A stretch of 64,000 nucleotides of DNA from positions 283,305-347,304 of the IMG/VR virus record IMGVR_UViG_3300031949_000001; one strand, written 5' to 3'. The stretch is from a virus. Lineage: Duplodnaviria; Heunggongvirae; Uroviricota; Caudoviricetes. The position numbers and the translations under genes were made by a program. Position 1 is the stretch's first letter; every line of letters starts with the position of its first letter. Of this stretch, positions 1 to 9,907 are shown one piece after another. The notes under the pieces are model-generated. The model saw only the letters and a list, made by a program, of their open reading frames with translations. It had not been told where the DNA came from and searched no databases.

Positions 1-465
1 ACGCCTTGGAGCAAATCGCTTAGCAATCTCAGCAAGGGGTGGAGGAGTACCCATACCCATTGTTTTAACATACAAATCCTTATTGAAAGTCGTAACGGAA
101 ATGCTACCTTTGTCGTATAAATCCATGATATCAAAACGAGGCAACGAAAGTACACCATTCGTTCTGATGCCAAACTTCAAGTTCGGTATGTATCTTAACA
201 GGTATTGCTTGAGTTGTAAAGTATGTTTATACAAGAGTGGATCAGTATTTGATCCTGTCACATTGACTTCATCGACACCTTTTTCAACCAGTTGGGCGAC
301 GAAAGTATCAAGATTCTTGAGTGGGAAGGTGTCGAGATTGTTGAGTGAGTCGAGAGCCATCATGAATTGTCCCACACAAAAATAACAGGCACGGTTACAC
401 GGACCCGATAGATGAATATTTCCAAAGTAATGAGAGAATTGTCCCTCTGAATTAAGGCAACCCAT
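1..465 (-). CDS. Radical SAM protein (3' end runs off the window)
   Basis: Manual translation from ATG at 465: ...NIHLSGPCNRACYFCVGQ... (CxxxCxxC), then VTGSNTDPLLY and FGIRTNG; missing from the ORF track because it is truncated by the edge. Confidence 0.85.
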   Translation of the reverse strand, partial: MGCLNSEGQFSHYFGNIHLSGPCNRACYFCVGQFMMALDSLNNLDTFPLKNLDTFVAQLVEKGVDEVNVTGSNTDPLLYKHTLQLKQYLLRYIPNLKFGIRTNGVLSLPRFDIMDLYDKGSISVTTFNKDLYVKTMGMGTPPPLAEIAKRFAPRR

Positions 466-466
466 A

Positions 467-1081
467 TTAACTCACTATATAAAAATTCGATTTAATGCTA
501 TTTTGTGATTTTGTTAATACTTGTAAATTGATATCTACATGTAATCCACAAACATTATGTTCCTGGGTTGTTGGGTCTTTTCCATATAACGGTATGATAT
601 GATCGACAGCATGTTTAATTCCGGTTTCTTTGGTTATTTGATTTGCTAAATCATAAATTTTTTGAATTTTAGAATGATCAACCCATAGTGGTATTGCGTT
701 CAAAAGACGCGCTCGCCTTCGAGTCTCTATTGCTGCGGCTCTCGAAGGATATTTTTTCGCCCAATTATTAGAAAAAGAAATACCTTTTCTATTGTACATC
801 AAGTTTCTTTCTCGTTGTTGCGCTTTTATCCTTTCCTTATTTCTTTGGTAATAACATCTTTTATAAGATGGGTAATCTACTTCTTTCATCCAATCTTTGA
901 ATGCTTCTTTTCGTTTTTCAATATTTTCCCAATAATATTCCTTATTGTGGATTGAGATACACTCGACACAATTTCCACATGTTGTATTACGACAAGCTAT
1001 ATGTCCATATTTACATGGATTACCAGTGAAATAGACATTCAAAGAACGATCACGCGCTTGCTTTCTTGTTATAATTTCCAT
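467..1081 (-). CDS. HNH homing endonuclease
   Basis: C-terminal AVDHIIPL...VCGLHVDINLQVLTKSQNSIKSN HNH core; N-terminal FTGNPCKYGH...CGNCVEC Zn module. Confidence 0.9.
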   Translation of the reverse strand: MEIITRKQARDRSLNVYFTGNPCKYGHIACRNTTCGNCVECISIHNKEYYWENIEKRKEAFKDWMKEVDYPSYKRCYYQRNKERIKAQQRERNLMYNRKGISFSNNWAKKYPSRAAAIETRRRARLLNAIPLWVDHSKIQKIYDLANQITKETGIKHAVDHIIPLYGKDPTTQEHNVCGLHVDINLQVLTKSQNSIKSNFYIVS

Positions 1082-1343
1082 GGCACTTCCTTAGTTTTGG
1101 ACTTTCTTTGTGTGGATGGTCCCGGGAAACATCTCGGAGCATCTCAAAGTATTCCCTGTGCATCGCTAAATTTACTTCAACTGTCTGTGGGTAAGTCAAC
1201 GCCGTTTCATCGCATGGATTACCGGTATTCTCCCAAAAGCCGATATGGGCGCGTACTTTGTTCATCAACCTCTTGAGGTTATGAAACTGAATCTCCTCGG
1301 CTTCGGTGCGGGTTAGTTTTCTATATCCTTTAGGGCTAGCCAT
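1050..1343 (-). CDS. Hypothetical protein
   Basis: 97 aa ORF in the minus-strand gene run. Confidence 0.7.
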   Translation of the reverse strand: MASPKGYRKLTRTEAEEIQFHNLKRLMNKVRAHIGFWENTGNPCDETALTYPQTVEVNLAMHREYFEMLRDVSRDHPHKESPKLRKCHGNYNKKASA

Positions 1344-1345
1344 AA

Positions 1346-1777
1346 TTACCTCTCCATTGCTGAGTTGATAAATCGTCGTTCTATAGCATATGCTTCTTCT
1401 TCGTCTTCTTTTAATTCAGCAGAACTAATAACGGGATTGTCGTGATGTTTGTAGTGTATTTGTAAAAAATGTACAAATTCATGCAAAGCAACTCCAACAG
1501 CATATGGTTCTTTATTTTTTAATCTTTGTTCAAGCTTGTCCACAATATAAAATTTAGGACGAAATCGATCATACAATCCAACCATATTACGACTGCCATA
1601 ATACTTTAAGCACTTAGGCATTTGTTCTGGTGTGGCATATTCACACGACTTTAAAACCAATGTTTCAACCGAAACGAATTCTAGTTGAGGAATAGGAAAA
1701 TCCGCTGGCAATGGCGGATTTCCAGTGTAATTTAATGCCAACTGTAAAATATAGGCAATGAGAGTCTTTTCAAGCAT
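1346..1777 (-). CDS. Putative zincin-like metalloprotease
   Basis: ALHEFVHFLQ (HExxH) plus downstream EEEAY glutamate. Confidence 0.6.
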   Translation of the reverse strand: MLEKTLIAYILQLALNYTGNPPLPADFPIPQLEFVSVETLVLKSCEYATPEQMPKCLKYYGSRNMVGLYDRFRPKFYIVDKLEQRLKNKEPYAVGVALHEFVHFLQIHYKHHDNPVISSAELKEDEEEAYAIERRFINSAMER

Positions 1778-2078
1778 TTGTTTTTATCATTTCCTGATAT
1801 TCACGTTCCGCTGCCATCCCTGACACTCTTTCTCGAAGAGCTTCTTTTAAACTACCGCCACAATGACGTATGATAAAACTACGATCCAGACATTTTGAAT
1901 TTCGAGATATTGAAACATTAAAACCGTACTTGGTTATACAACCACCGACATATGACGCCCGAATACAGGCACGTCTTTTGACGTATCTGCCTTCGGGCTT
2001 GTTTCCGAAGAAGTATAATTTAGTACCTACCGGTTTCCAATCGAAATGATGGTAGGGACTATATGGAAAGTTTTGCAT
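1770..2078 (-). CDS. Hypothetical protein
   Basis: 102 aa ORF overlapping the neighbour's start/stop. Confidence 0.65.
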   Translation of the reverse strand: MQNFPYSPYHHFDWKPVGTKLYFFGNKPEGRYVKRRACIRASYVGGCITKYGFNVSISRNSKCLDRSFIIRHCGGSLKEALRERVSGMAAEREYQEMIKTNA

Positions 2079-2082
2079 ATGT

Positions 2083-3561
2083 TTACATCTTGATCGGCAG
2101 GTTTGAATTGGCTCGGACTTCCGCCAGAGTCATATCAACTAGCAATTCACCAGTCTTCCAAACAGGACGGAAGATTTTTTCATGACCGAATGCTTGCTCA
2201 ATAGTGACTGTCGCATAGTCTCCGTTAAACTTGCGGATCAGAGTCAGACGCCCTTCCTTCGAACGCTTGCCCGGATCGGTGATCGGGTCTTTACTGTAAC
2301 CTTTCCAGCTTTCACCAACACGCTTGGTAGCACTACACTTATAGGCAAACTTCTGTGTGTCGCGATTAACCTGCTGAAGCAGAGCCCCACCCATACCGAA
2401 AACGACGTTGTCTGCGCTGTAACCATGAGCCTTAAGAGTCTGAAGAATGTCACGAATACTATTTTCGTTGATGCCATCGCCTTGGATCAGACGGACGTAA
2501 TTAAGAGTCTTGTAACCCTTGACGTTCATTGTGGTGCCAAAGTAACCCTCAAGAATCTGAGCACACTTCAGAACAACGGTAGATGGGTCACCAGAGTCAG
2601 GACGAATAACTAGAGTGGCACCCGATTTGATAACTTGCTCCTTAAGATCAACACCCCACATACGGCAGGCATTGAAAATGTCGTAGGAGTCAGAAACGCA
2701 CGCAACGATTGAGCCGGGTTTCGCAACCTTTTCGATGATGTTGCGATAAGCATCCAGTTCATGTTCCTTACCCCATGTAATGATGGTAGTGTGTTCTGTA
2801 GCTCGTACAGAATATGAAGGTACTTCCTGATCATCATCAACACCCATCTTACCATCGTGGTTGTAGAAGTCCATCAACATGGCAGCGCCAGTCTGCGTAT
2901 CCGAACCAAAGAAGTTAATAAGGTGAGCAGCACCATTAATACCAGCACTTTCGAATGAACTGACGCCTCGGGCACCAAAGTCATTCAAAGCGAAGCCAAT
3001 ACCACCAGGAGTGCCAGTGTCTTCCAGATAACGCTCGATGATACGTTTGGCAAACCAAGAACGAGTGGCAACAGTTGTCGGCGACCAAACTCGGGTCAAT
3101 TGAGTTTCAAGGTGCGAACCGAACATACGGCATTCTGGATCGAGGTTTTCGACTGTGAATAATGCGTTGTGCGTCGGAATGACCAAACCTTCCGGAGCAG
3201 CATTGATGATTACAGGAAAATAACCACCATGTTTGTTTACTATACGATCCCAACCAGGACGGTTGAAAACATCGGGTCCAATGTGCTTATTGACCCATTT
3301 GTTGGCTTGTTCGACCATCTCAGCGGTAATCTTAACGCTGAGATATTTCTTCAGAATGTACTGAAGACCGAACCAAACAGTGTGGGTGTAAAGACCACCA
3401 CGGGATTCAAAATAATGAGAGAAGTATTCTGTTCCCGGTGGATACATGCTTGCGCCAGGAATGTCATGTGTGTTTTTGTAACTGTCTGTGTCAAGGACAC
3501 GATTATCGGTAAAAAGCATAGGAAAATCCTTCCTAAAAATGTTGTCTGTCGGTCTATCCAA
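2083..3561 (-). CDS. nadV: Nicotinamide phosphoribosyltransferase (NAMPT)
   Basis: DTDSYK, DFGARG, ATEH, VSDSYD, IRPDSGDP, IQGDGI and RDTQKFAYK motifs of NAMPT. Confidence 0.95.
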   Translation of the reverse strand: MDRPTDNIFRKDFPMLFTDNRVLDTDSYKNTHDIPGASMYPPGTEYFSHYFESRGGLYTHTVWFGLQYILKKYLSVKITAEMVEQANKWVNKHIGPDVFNRPGWDRIVNKHGGYFPVIINAAPEGLVIPTHNALFTVENLDPECRMFGSHLETQLTRVWSPTTVATRSWFAKRIIERYLEDTGTPGGIGFALNDFGARGVSSFESAGINGAAHLINFFGSDTQTGAAMLMDFYNHDGKMGVDDDQEVPSYSVRATEHTTIITWGKEHELDAYRNIIEKVAKPGSIVACVSDSYDIFNACRMWGVDLKEQVIKSGATLVIRPDSGDPSTVVLKCAQILEGYFGTTMNVKGYKTLNYVRLIQGDGINENSIRDILQTLKAHGYSADNVVFGMGGALLQQVNRDTQKFAYKCSATKRVGESWKGYSKDPITDPGKRSKEGRLTLIRKFNGDYATVTIEQAFGHEKIFRPVWKTGELLVDMTLAEVRANSNLPIKM

Positions 3562-3582
3562 CAGGTTATCAATGATGATATC

Positions 3583-3611
3583 AGTATATATTACTTGACA
3601 TCAGATGTCAA
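3583..3611 (-). promoter_or_regulatory. Sigma70-type promoter for NAMPT, containing a palindrome
   Basis: TTGACA-17 bp-TATACT; TTGACA-N5-TGTCAA palindrome at 3595-3611. Confidence 0.75.
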
Positions 3612-4115
3612 TTCTTTCTTACAACCATCATAAAAAATTGCGGAAAGAACTTCATAATCAACACGCTCCCTACCTTCTTGAACCCACTTATCGGCTTGTT
3701 TCCAGCCGTAAAAGGCGATTTCTTCATATTTCTGCCGTTGATCAAGATTCAATTCATCAAGGACATAGATGCCATCGGTCGGGATATTTTCATCGTAACC
3801 CATGAACATCTTCTTGAGTGGTGCTTCAGGGATGTATTTGAAAACTGCGGGAGCACCTAAAAAGCGAGCTTGGGCGCCCCAGGCTGCTCTTACACCAATG
3901 GTGAGACAATAACGCATCATAGTGTTTTCTGGAGTATTAGGTTCATTGGGATTCGGAGGAGACCAATGCGGAGATTCTCCGGAGTGATCATCACCATTAA
4001 TGGAATGATCTGGAGTTTGATCGTCAGCAAAAGCAACGGAAGATAAACCAACAGCAAGCACAGCAATCAGGAGAAATTTTTTCATGGTCATACTCCTTTT
4101 AATGAATGACGACAA
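3591..4115 (-). CDS. Exported hypothetical protein
   Basis: Signal peptide MKKFLLIAVLAVGLSSVAFA. Confidence 0.75.
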   Translation of the reverse strand: MSSFIKRSMTMKKFLLIAVLAVGLSSVAFADDQTPDHSINGDDHSGESPHWSPPNPNEPNTPENTMMRYCLTIGVRAAWGAQARFLGAPAVFKYIPEAPLKKMFMGYDENIPTDGIYVLDELNLDQRQKYEEIAFYGWKQADKWVQEGRERVDYEVLSAIFYDGCKKELTSDVK

Positions 4116-4126
4116 AAGTGTACTCC

Positions 4127-4714
4127 CTATTTCTTCATTATGTCAACTCTTATTGGTTGAATTTCGGCTAATTCTTCCGCCCACACTTTAATATCATTAT
4201 CCATATTTCGCGTAGTAGCCCATGTCGTATCATCATAATATCGATGCGTAGTAAGACCATGAGTCATATCCAAAGCGTCTTGAACAGTTTTAACAATATG
4301 AACCAATGGGTGTGTGATCCAAGAACCAATAGGACGAAATGTCCTACCTTCAGGTTCAAAATTTAACACAACGATAATCGGCTTATTATAGGCAAGAGCC
4401 ATGCCAGCCTCTATCAAAGCTCCTTTTAATGGAAAGTCTTCTTTTTCAGCATATAAAATAAAGTATTCACAAGATTGAACTTCTTGAGAAATTCGAAGCC
4501 ATAATTCATCGAAACTTTCTGTTTCGCCTTCACCGGCTTCATCAATCCAAGTTGAAATGATATCCCAACCATGGAGACGATGTTCACGCCACATAGCAGA
4601 GCGCGCTGGAATACTAGCGCGCGATGCCACGTAGATACCTTTAGAAACTGGTTCCCACCATGGGTCATATCCACCAACTGCTACTGGAACACCTGGAGAT
4701 TCTAACTTTTTCAT
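4127..4714 (-). CDS. Nucleoside 2-deoxyribosyltransferase-like protein
   Basis: IYVAS...WDIISTWID...LKGALIEAGMALAYNKPIIVV pattern. Confidence 0.7.
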   Translation of the reverse strand: MKKLESPGVPVAVGGYDPWWEPVSKGIYVASRASIPARSAMWREHRLHGWDIISTWIDEAGEGETESFDELWLRISQEVQSCEYFILYAEKEDFPLKGALIEAGMALAYNKPIIVVLNFEPEGRTFRPIGSWITHPLVHIVKTVQDALDMTHGLTTHRYYDDTTWATTRNMDNDIKVWAEELAEIQPIRVDIMKK

Positions 4715-4865
4715 TATTATTTTCCTTTGTTCTTTTTATTATAAGAAAGATGGGGCGACCCCCAAATGGTCACCCCACCCGAATCTGCCAATGTTTGCTT
4801 AAGGAGGCATAATGGCAGCAGACTATACTGTATCAAGGACCAATTAAGAAGTCAAGTTACAAAAG

Positions 4866-4894
4866 AAAAAGACTAGGTCGGAACCTAGTCTTTT
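4866..4894. terminator. Intrinsic terminator (bidirectional-looking)
   Basis: AAAAGACTAGG-loop-CCTAGTCTTTT. Confidence 0.75.
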
Positions 4895-4920
4895 CGATTT
4901 CTTGACCAATTTAGATCGAA

Positions 4921-5634
4921 TTAAGAACGACCTACTTTAGCTGTAGTTGCTGCTGGCGCACTCTTGACTGCGGAGGCTGGAACACCTAGATCAGCCTTAT
5001 CATTTTCGTCGTAGCCCTTACAAACCACTTCACCACTACGCTTGAAAGCTTCGCGGTTAGCTTTGCTTGCGCAAAGACGTTGATCGGCTGTTGCGTTATG
5101 ACCTAGCGCCTTAAAAGTTACTGCGTCTTGAATCATAACGCAATGCTCGAACTCGTAACTAAAACCACCAGAAACACCAAGTCCTGGGGTTGAAACACCA
5201 ACACCGGCTGTTCCGCCACAAGTTAGGTTAGACACGGACAATTGAACATTAGCTGCCTGTGCGGCAACGCGAGGTTCATTGTTTGTGTAAGACCAGTTGT
5301 TACCATTGTTGTCAGCGCTCTGACCCTGAAGCTGTCCTTGACCTTGAATCTGACCTTGCTTGTTGGTATTCGCATTAACGTTTGTATTGTCGTTGCGATT
5401 ACTGTTGGTATTCGCATTGACGTTTGTGTTGGTATTATGCAACGTGTTGTTTAGGGTATTGGTGTTGGTTACAGCATTGTTTGCATTTCCACCGCCACCA
5501 CCTTGACCACCTTGACCACCTTGACCACCACAAGAGTTACCTTGACAGTCGTTTCCAACTCCATTGTTGGTAGCAAATGATGTTACTGATCCCAAACATA
5601 CCGCCATTACGACGGCTAAAATTACCTTCTTCAT
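4921..5634 (-). CDS. Exported Gly/Gln/Asn-rich low-complexity protein
   Basis: Signal peptide, GGQ repeats, NTNxN repeats, Cys-containing C-terminal domain. Confidence 0.8.
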   Translation of the reverse strand: MKKVILAVVMAVCLGSVTSFATNNGVGNDCQGNSCGGQGGQGGQGGGGGNANNAVTNTNTLNNTLHNTNTNVNANTNSNRNDNTNVNANTNKQGQIQGQGQLQGQSADNNGNNWSYTNNEPRVAAQAANVQLSVSNLTCGGTAGVGVSTPGLGVSGGFSYEFEHCVMIQDAVTFKALGHNATADQRLCASKANREAFKRSGEVVCKGYDENDKADLGVPASAVKSAPAATTAKVGRS

Positions 5635-5740
5635 GTTTTTCTCTCCTATGTGTTATGAAGTTTTCTCGTTAGTTACTGCTAACTCTTCGACTCTATCAAA
5701 TGTAAAACCCGTTGTCAAGAGGCGACAACGGGTTTTATGA

Positions 5741-6031
5741 TTACTTACCTCCGCAACCGTTACCGCTTGAACCACCAGTGGAACCACCTGTACTACCACC
5801 GCTCGAACCGGCTGATCCAGCGGAACCAGCGGAACCAGCAGAACCTGCTGCACTACCACTTGAACCACCAACACCACCCCCACCAACACCATCATGCATT
5901 GGGTAAACGCTGTTTAGCTTGACGACTTTCTTGTTACCATCCAATACTTCGTCATTGCTGATACTAACTGCGAGAACTGGATTTACTGCGAATGCAGCAA
6001 GAATTGCTGCCAAAACGATACTTTTGAACAT
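5741..6031 (-). CDS. Exported Gly/Ser-rich small protein
   Basis: Likely start MFKSIVLAAILAAFA (signal peptide); GSA and STGG repeats; ends GCGGK. Confidence 0.75.
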   Translation of the reverse strand: MFKSIVLAAILAAFAVNPVLAVSISNDEVLDGNKKVVKLNSVYPMHDGVGGGGVGGSSGSAAGSAGSAGSAGSAGSSGGSTGGSTGGSSGNGCGGK

Positions 6032-6125
6032 GAGGATCTCCTTGGATATCTTGTTGTGTCTTCGAATGAAGACGTTGTTCATCTATTGTTGTAGCATACT
6101 AAAATGAACAAGTCAAGAGATTTAT

Positions 6126-6857
6126 TTAGTCGTGAAATGGATCGGTGAAAATCATTTGAATGCCATATGGAGAACGGCGGAACATGATGTTGTGTAGATG
6201 AAGATCGGAACGCAAACCAGAGTTGTTTTTGAACTTTTTCATTATGCGTATTGCATTTTTTAGTTCTGGATTAACGAATGTCGCCATCGTATCGCTGGTC
6301 TTTTTTACGCTTTTTAATAATGGATCACGATTTTGATATCCTAAAATAGAAGAATCGATATATCTAACTAAATATTCAAAATAAGGGCTACTAGAGAACC
6401 ATTCATTTCCCCATTCTTTTGATTTTTGTCGTATTTCTGCTTTTTCTTTAGACGTTAATCGATGACCAAATGTTTGTTCTAATAATTGAAGAATTTCTTC
6501 TTCAGAAATATCTTCCACAGGTAGTAATCGTTCGATTTGAACAACATAATATTTTCTGAAATCTGTTTCAGGATCACCGTCAAACATTGATACGTTAAAT
6601 ATTTGAGGCAAGTATCGATTATGATTGGCGTTGAGAACCTCATTTATGTATCGAAGATAGCCATTGTTTTGAGGATGCTGTCCAATAGCCACCACTTTGT
6701 TGACGCTAAATTGATCTGCAACGTATACTTTGTTGTAGAATCCAGAGCCGAGTTCTGCCCTGTTAGTAACCAGATGAAATTCTTGATTTGTTATTTTCTT
6801 AACAGTTTTGGGATCAAGAATATTAACTGACTCTATTAAAAATTCACTAATTTTCAT
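6126..6857 (-). CDS. T7 gp0.7-like Ser/Thr protein kinase
   Basis: LGSGFYNKVY Gly-loop, DLHLHNIMFR catalytic loop, FTDP. Confidence 0.85.
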   Translation of the reverse strand: MKISEFLIESVNILDPKTVKKITNQEFHLVTNRAELGSGFYNKVYVADQFSVNKVVAIGQHPQNNGYLRYINEVLNANHNRYLPQIFNVSMFDGDPETDFRKYYVVQIERLLPVEDISEEEILQLLEQTFGHRLTSKEKAEIRQKSKEWGNEWFSSSPYFEYLVRYIDSSILGYQNRDPLLKSVKKTSDTMATFVNPELKNAIRIMKKFKNNSGLRSDLHLHNIMFRRSPYGIQMIFTDPFHD

Positions 6858-7526
6858 TTAACGTCTCTGTGTTTGCTGTTGCTTCAGACGCGTCTGTTTT
6901 TGAGCCAATCGAGCCTGTTTTTGACGTTCTATCTCGGCTTGATATTTTTGTGTGTATTCCGGACTTGCTCCATGCTTACGATAATCAGTTTCGCCCATGT
7001 GATAAGCATTCATAGCAGCGATCTTATCACCTTTGAATTTCTTGTAGTAGTACTTCAGGACTTTTTTGCCGTGGTGAATTTGTCCCCTTATGGTTGAAAG
7101 CCCTCCTGTTGGAACTTTCCAAAGACCAGGACGAACTTGCAACAAACCATAAGGTGTGTCTCTCTGAATACGAGCATGAGTCTCTGGATATTTTTTCTTA
7201 GAATATTGAGGAGTTGCGTTCTTATTAAAACTCGATTCAACGCCAGTCAGTGCCAATAAATCATGTGGCTTTGGAAATACCGGGTCACCTTCTGTATGAG
7301 CAGCGTCTACGATTTCTCTTGCTTCATTTGGGTTAATACGATAATGTTTAGCAATAGCGATTGCCATATCCTGACGATATTGCTCTTGTGGTGTCATTGA
7401 ATAGGCTGGATTAGTAAGACCATCCATTCCGAGAGCACCAAGCAAGCTCGCTCCAGCAGCAGCTTGTTTTAAATTGAGTTCGTCTAATTGTTGTGGTTCT
7501 TCTTTGATGAATTCGGAAAAGTGCAT
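6858..7526 (-). CDS. SLT-domain lytic transglycosylase
   Basis: ALTGVESSFN, YGLLQV, AAMNAYHMG motifs. Confidence 0.85.
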   Translation of the reverse strand: MHFSEFIKEEPQQLDELNLKQAAAGASLLGALGMDGLTNPAYSMTPQEQYRQDMAIAIAKHYRINPNEAREIVDAAHTEGDPVFPKPHDLLALTGVESSFNKNATPQYSKKKYPETHARIQRDTPYGLLQVRPGLWKVPTGGLSTIRGQIHHGKKVLKYYYKKFKGDKIAAMNAYHMGETDYRKHGASPEYTQKYQAEIERQKQARLAQKQTRLKQQQTQRR

Positions 7527-7545
7527 GTTTTATCCTCTCATGCCC

Positions 7546-7561
7546 TATTTATTGCTAAATA
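7546..7561. promoter_or_regulatory. Divergent T4-type late promoters
   Basis: AATAAATA on minus (7546-7553) and CTAAATA on plus (7555-7561) at a strand switch. Confidence 0.65.
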
Positions 7562-7580
7562 ATGTATACTGGAGTTACAA

Positions 7581-7844
7581 ATGGCTGTCTATGTTGATAA
7601 CGCAAGAAATGCCTACCGACGTATGTTGATGTGCCACATGTTGGCGGATACACCCGAAGAACTTCATGCTATGGCAGATAAAATTGGTGTTCGACGCAAG
7701 TGGTTTCAGAATCATAAAACGCCTCATTATGACATCTGTCAATCGAAACGTGGATTGGCTCTAATACATGGTGCTATTGAAATAGATCGTCATCAAACGG
7801 TAGAAATAATCAAAAGAATTCGGAAGCAAGGTGATTGGAAATGA
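7581..7844 (+). CDS. DUF4031-like protein
   Basis: MAVYVD...CHMLADTPEELHAMADKIGVRRKWFQ...HYDI pattern. Confidence 0.75.
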   Translation: MAVYVDNARNAYRRMLMCHMLADTPEELHAMADKIGVRRKWFQNHKTPHYDICQSKRGLALIHGAIEIDRHQTVEIIKRIRKQGDWK

Positions 7845-8254
7845 AGATAGTAGATTTGTTTGAAATGCAAGCTCGTCCTACACCAGAGGAAACTCGGGCA
7901 TGGGCGAAAGAAGTTGAACACCGCCTCGGGTTGGTGGACTTCGACGTTTGGCAATCAAGCAATGGAAATTTAAAACTAAATCTTCTGATCGTTCCGAAAG
8001 ATAAACGCAAACAAGGAATCGGATCACAAGCAATGGAAGAACTGATTCGTTACGCCGATAGATATGGCTTCCAGTTGACTCTGTCTACCGCCATCAAAGA
8101 TGACCGTATGGGAACAACTTCCAAAGGACGCCTATTGAAATTTTACAGGCGTTTTGGTTTCGTCAGAAATTTTGGTAGGAAGAAAGACTATACAATCAGT
8201 GATAATATGTATAGAAAATTTAGAGGTAAATCACATGAAACTCAATCAATTTAA
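7841..8254 (+). CDS. GNAT acetyltransferase
   Basis: VPKDKRKQGIGSQAMEELIRYA acetyl-CoA motif A; FYRRFGF motif; likely start MKIVDLFE. Confidence 0.85.
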   Translation: MKIVDLFEMQARPTPEETRAWAKEVEHRLGLVDFDVWQSSNGNLKLNLLIVPKDKRKQGIGSQAMEELIRYADRYGFQLTLSTAIKDDRMGTTSKGRLLKFYRRFGFVRNFGRKKDYTISDNMYRKFRGKSHETQSI

Positions 8255-8558
8255 AGACATTATCGAAGAAGCAAAAGAAGAGCCGCTAGTCGGGACAAAC
8301 TGTGGCAATTGTCGATTTGTTGAACTCGAAGGAAAGAAAGTCTCTTCCAAAGAATTAAACGAGCAAGGTGGTCGTGACCCCCAAGGATCAACCGAAATGG
8401 AACGAGCCAAAGAATATGATGTAATCACCCTCCCAGGAAAGATCACCGTAACTGAAATTCATCGTTGTTTACATAAAGACATAAACATGGATGTAACCTC
8501 ACACATGTGCTGCGCGCTTTGGGAAGCGGAAGGAATTATTCGCCCTTGGCTTAAATAA
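8235..8558 (+). CDS. Cys-rich hypothetical protein
   Basis: Start MKLNQF after GAGG RBS; CGNCRF...CL...CCALW. Confidence 0.7.
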   Translation: MKLNQFKDIIEEAKEEPLVGTNCGNCRFVELEGKKVSSKELNEQGGRDPQGSTEMERAKEYDVITLPGKITVTEIHRCLHKDINMDVTSHMCCALWEAEGIIRPWLK

Positions 8559-8559
8559 A

Positions 8560-9222
8560 TCAAATTAATTCAACAGCGTACTTCCGATGTAATTTTAGAT
8601 CATTAGCCGCATTAATTAATTTTAATATTTGCCTAACTTTATCTTTACCATCGATGTAAAGCCGTCCCCATATTTTATTCTTTGGTAATTCAAAGCTTAT
8701 CTTTTCATTGAAGCCCAATCGAACGAGAGAGTTGGCGTACCATTGTAAAGCTTCTTTGTTTCCAGTTATTCTAAAACGAGGACAATTCTTACAATTTAGA
8801 TTACCGTCTCCATCAAACCAACCCCTTAAAAAGTCTGGTAGGAGTTCACCATTTACTTCAGGTAGTTCGAAATTATAAGTTTTACGTGGTACAATTCCCC
8901 AATATTTTAAACTTTCAGAAATACCATTACAATACAAACTAACTATATATTTATTTTGACCTACTTTCTTGTTTTCTTTATATAAATGGCTTTTGTTATA
9001 CTGTATGTGATCGCAGAAAATTTCAAGATGTGTTTTATCCATTTCCGCCAATGACATCGATAGGCGATTATATCTCCTATTTTTATATATTTTATCCTCT
9101 AAACATCCATCAGCTAATAAAAATCCAGACCAATAAGCAGTTATCGGAGTTCTATTGTTAAAAAATTTTTGGTCAAAATTAATTTTTCTTGAGGCTCTAC
9201 CACCGTTTGATCTATTGTTCAT
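8560..9222 (-). CDS. LAGLIDADG homing endonuclease
   Basis: Two motifs: YWSGFLLADGCL and FLRGWFDGDGNL. Confidence 0.9.
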   Translation of the reverse strand: MNNRSNGGRASRKINFDQKFFNNRTPITAYWSGFLLADGCLEDKIYKNRRYNRLSMSLAEMDKTHLEIFCDHIQYNKSHLYKENKKVGQNKYIVSLYCNGISESLKYWGIVPRKTYNFELPEVNGELLPDFLRGWFDGDGNLNCKNCPRFRITGNKEALQWYANSLVRLGFNEKISFELPKNKIWGRLYIDGKDKVRQILKLINAANDLKLHRKYAVELI

Positions 9223-9242
9223 AAGATACCAAGATTAGGTCT

Positions 9243-9527
9243 TTAAGAAGCGTAGTAGTATGCTGGTTCAAGATCGTAAAAGTCATAATCTAGACGATGT
9301 CCAAGGTCTTCAACCATAACCTCAACGTGATCGATTATATCCCAATCTTCTTTAAAAACAAGAACTCGGGTAATATACCAACGAACTAACCCATTGATAG
9401 TATGAAAGGGGCGAACCACTTGCCACAGCTTCGGAATTTCTGTTTCTAAGATTCTGGAATGGTCAATTTTGTCGTCGTTTTGATCGCGATACTCAATTAA
9501 GATATTTCGTTTCATAGAATACTCCAC
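9243..9527 (-). CDS. Hypothetical protein
   Basis: 94 aa ORF. Confidence 0.65.
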   Translation of the reverse strand: MEYSMKRNILIEYRDQNDDKIDHSRILETEIPKLWQVVRPFHTINGLVRWYITRVLVFKEDWDIIDHVEVMVEDLGHRLDYDFYDLEPAYYYAS

Positions 9528-9553
9528 TGTTGGTTGAGCATTCTATCAGAAGT

Positions 9554-9907
9554 TTATTCAACTGTCAAAGGTTCTTCGACTCTTTTTACGGGAGGATAAA
9601 AAGGTGTGTCATCCGCGTGTATATCGTCCGTGATATCATCACCTGGAGTGATTTTCATTAAACGCGGACGATTAACGAACCATCCTTTTTCACTGGGAGA
9701 TGGACAAGTAGGAAAGTGAACGTAACAACCATAACCGACATACGGAACCATTAAATGATCCCAATAGGTTAAATCACCTTCACCTTCAATGACGGTGCCA
9801 CAGGTACCATCGAGGATGCCTTCAGTATCGAAGAAAATTCCAGGACAAGATGGACCTGGAATTTTCATAACCATATCATTAGGTTGAAGTCTTTCAAATT
9901 TTTTCAT
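9554..9907 (-). CDS. Hypothetical protein, dispersed member of the FEKLVPGD...LMKITPD family
   Basis: FERLQPNDMVMKIP...GTCGTVIEGE...YGCYVHF...PRLMKITPGD. Confidence 0.8.
   Translation of the reverse strand: MKKFERLQPNDMVMKIPGPSCPGIFFDTEGILDGTCGTVIEGEGDLTYWDHLMVPYVGYGCYVHFPTCPSPSEKGWFVNRPRLMKITPGDDITDDIHADDTPFYPPVKRVEEPLTVE

Noticed and set aside
83-385. Plus-strand 100-aa ORF in the track
   Set aside because: Antisense shadow of the radical SAM gene on the minus strand.
467-1081. HNH (and the LAGLIDADG at 8560..9222) as intron-encoded endonucleases
   Set aside because: Flanking genes are complete and uninterrupted, so they appear free-standing.
2182-3633. Several ORFs overlapping NAMPT (2182..2613, 2244..2477, 2610..2855, 3169..3633, 3351..3572)
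   Set aside because: Alternative-frame or antisense shadows of a clearly recognisable gene; no RBS or motifs.
5653-5922. Pro-rich, His-rich and Val-rich ORFs
   Set aside because: Frame and strand artefacts of the GSA/STGG repeat gene.
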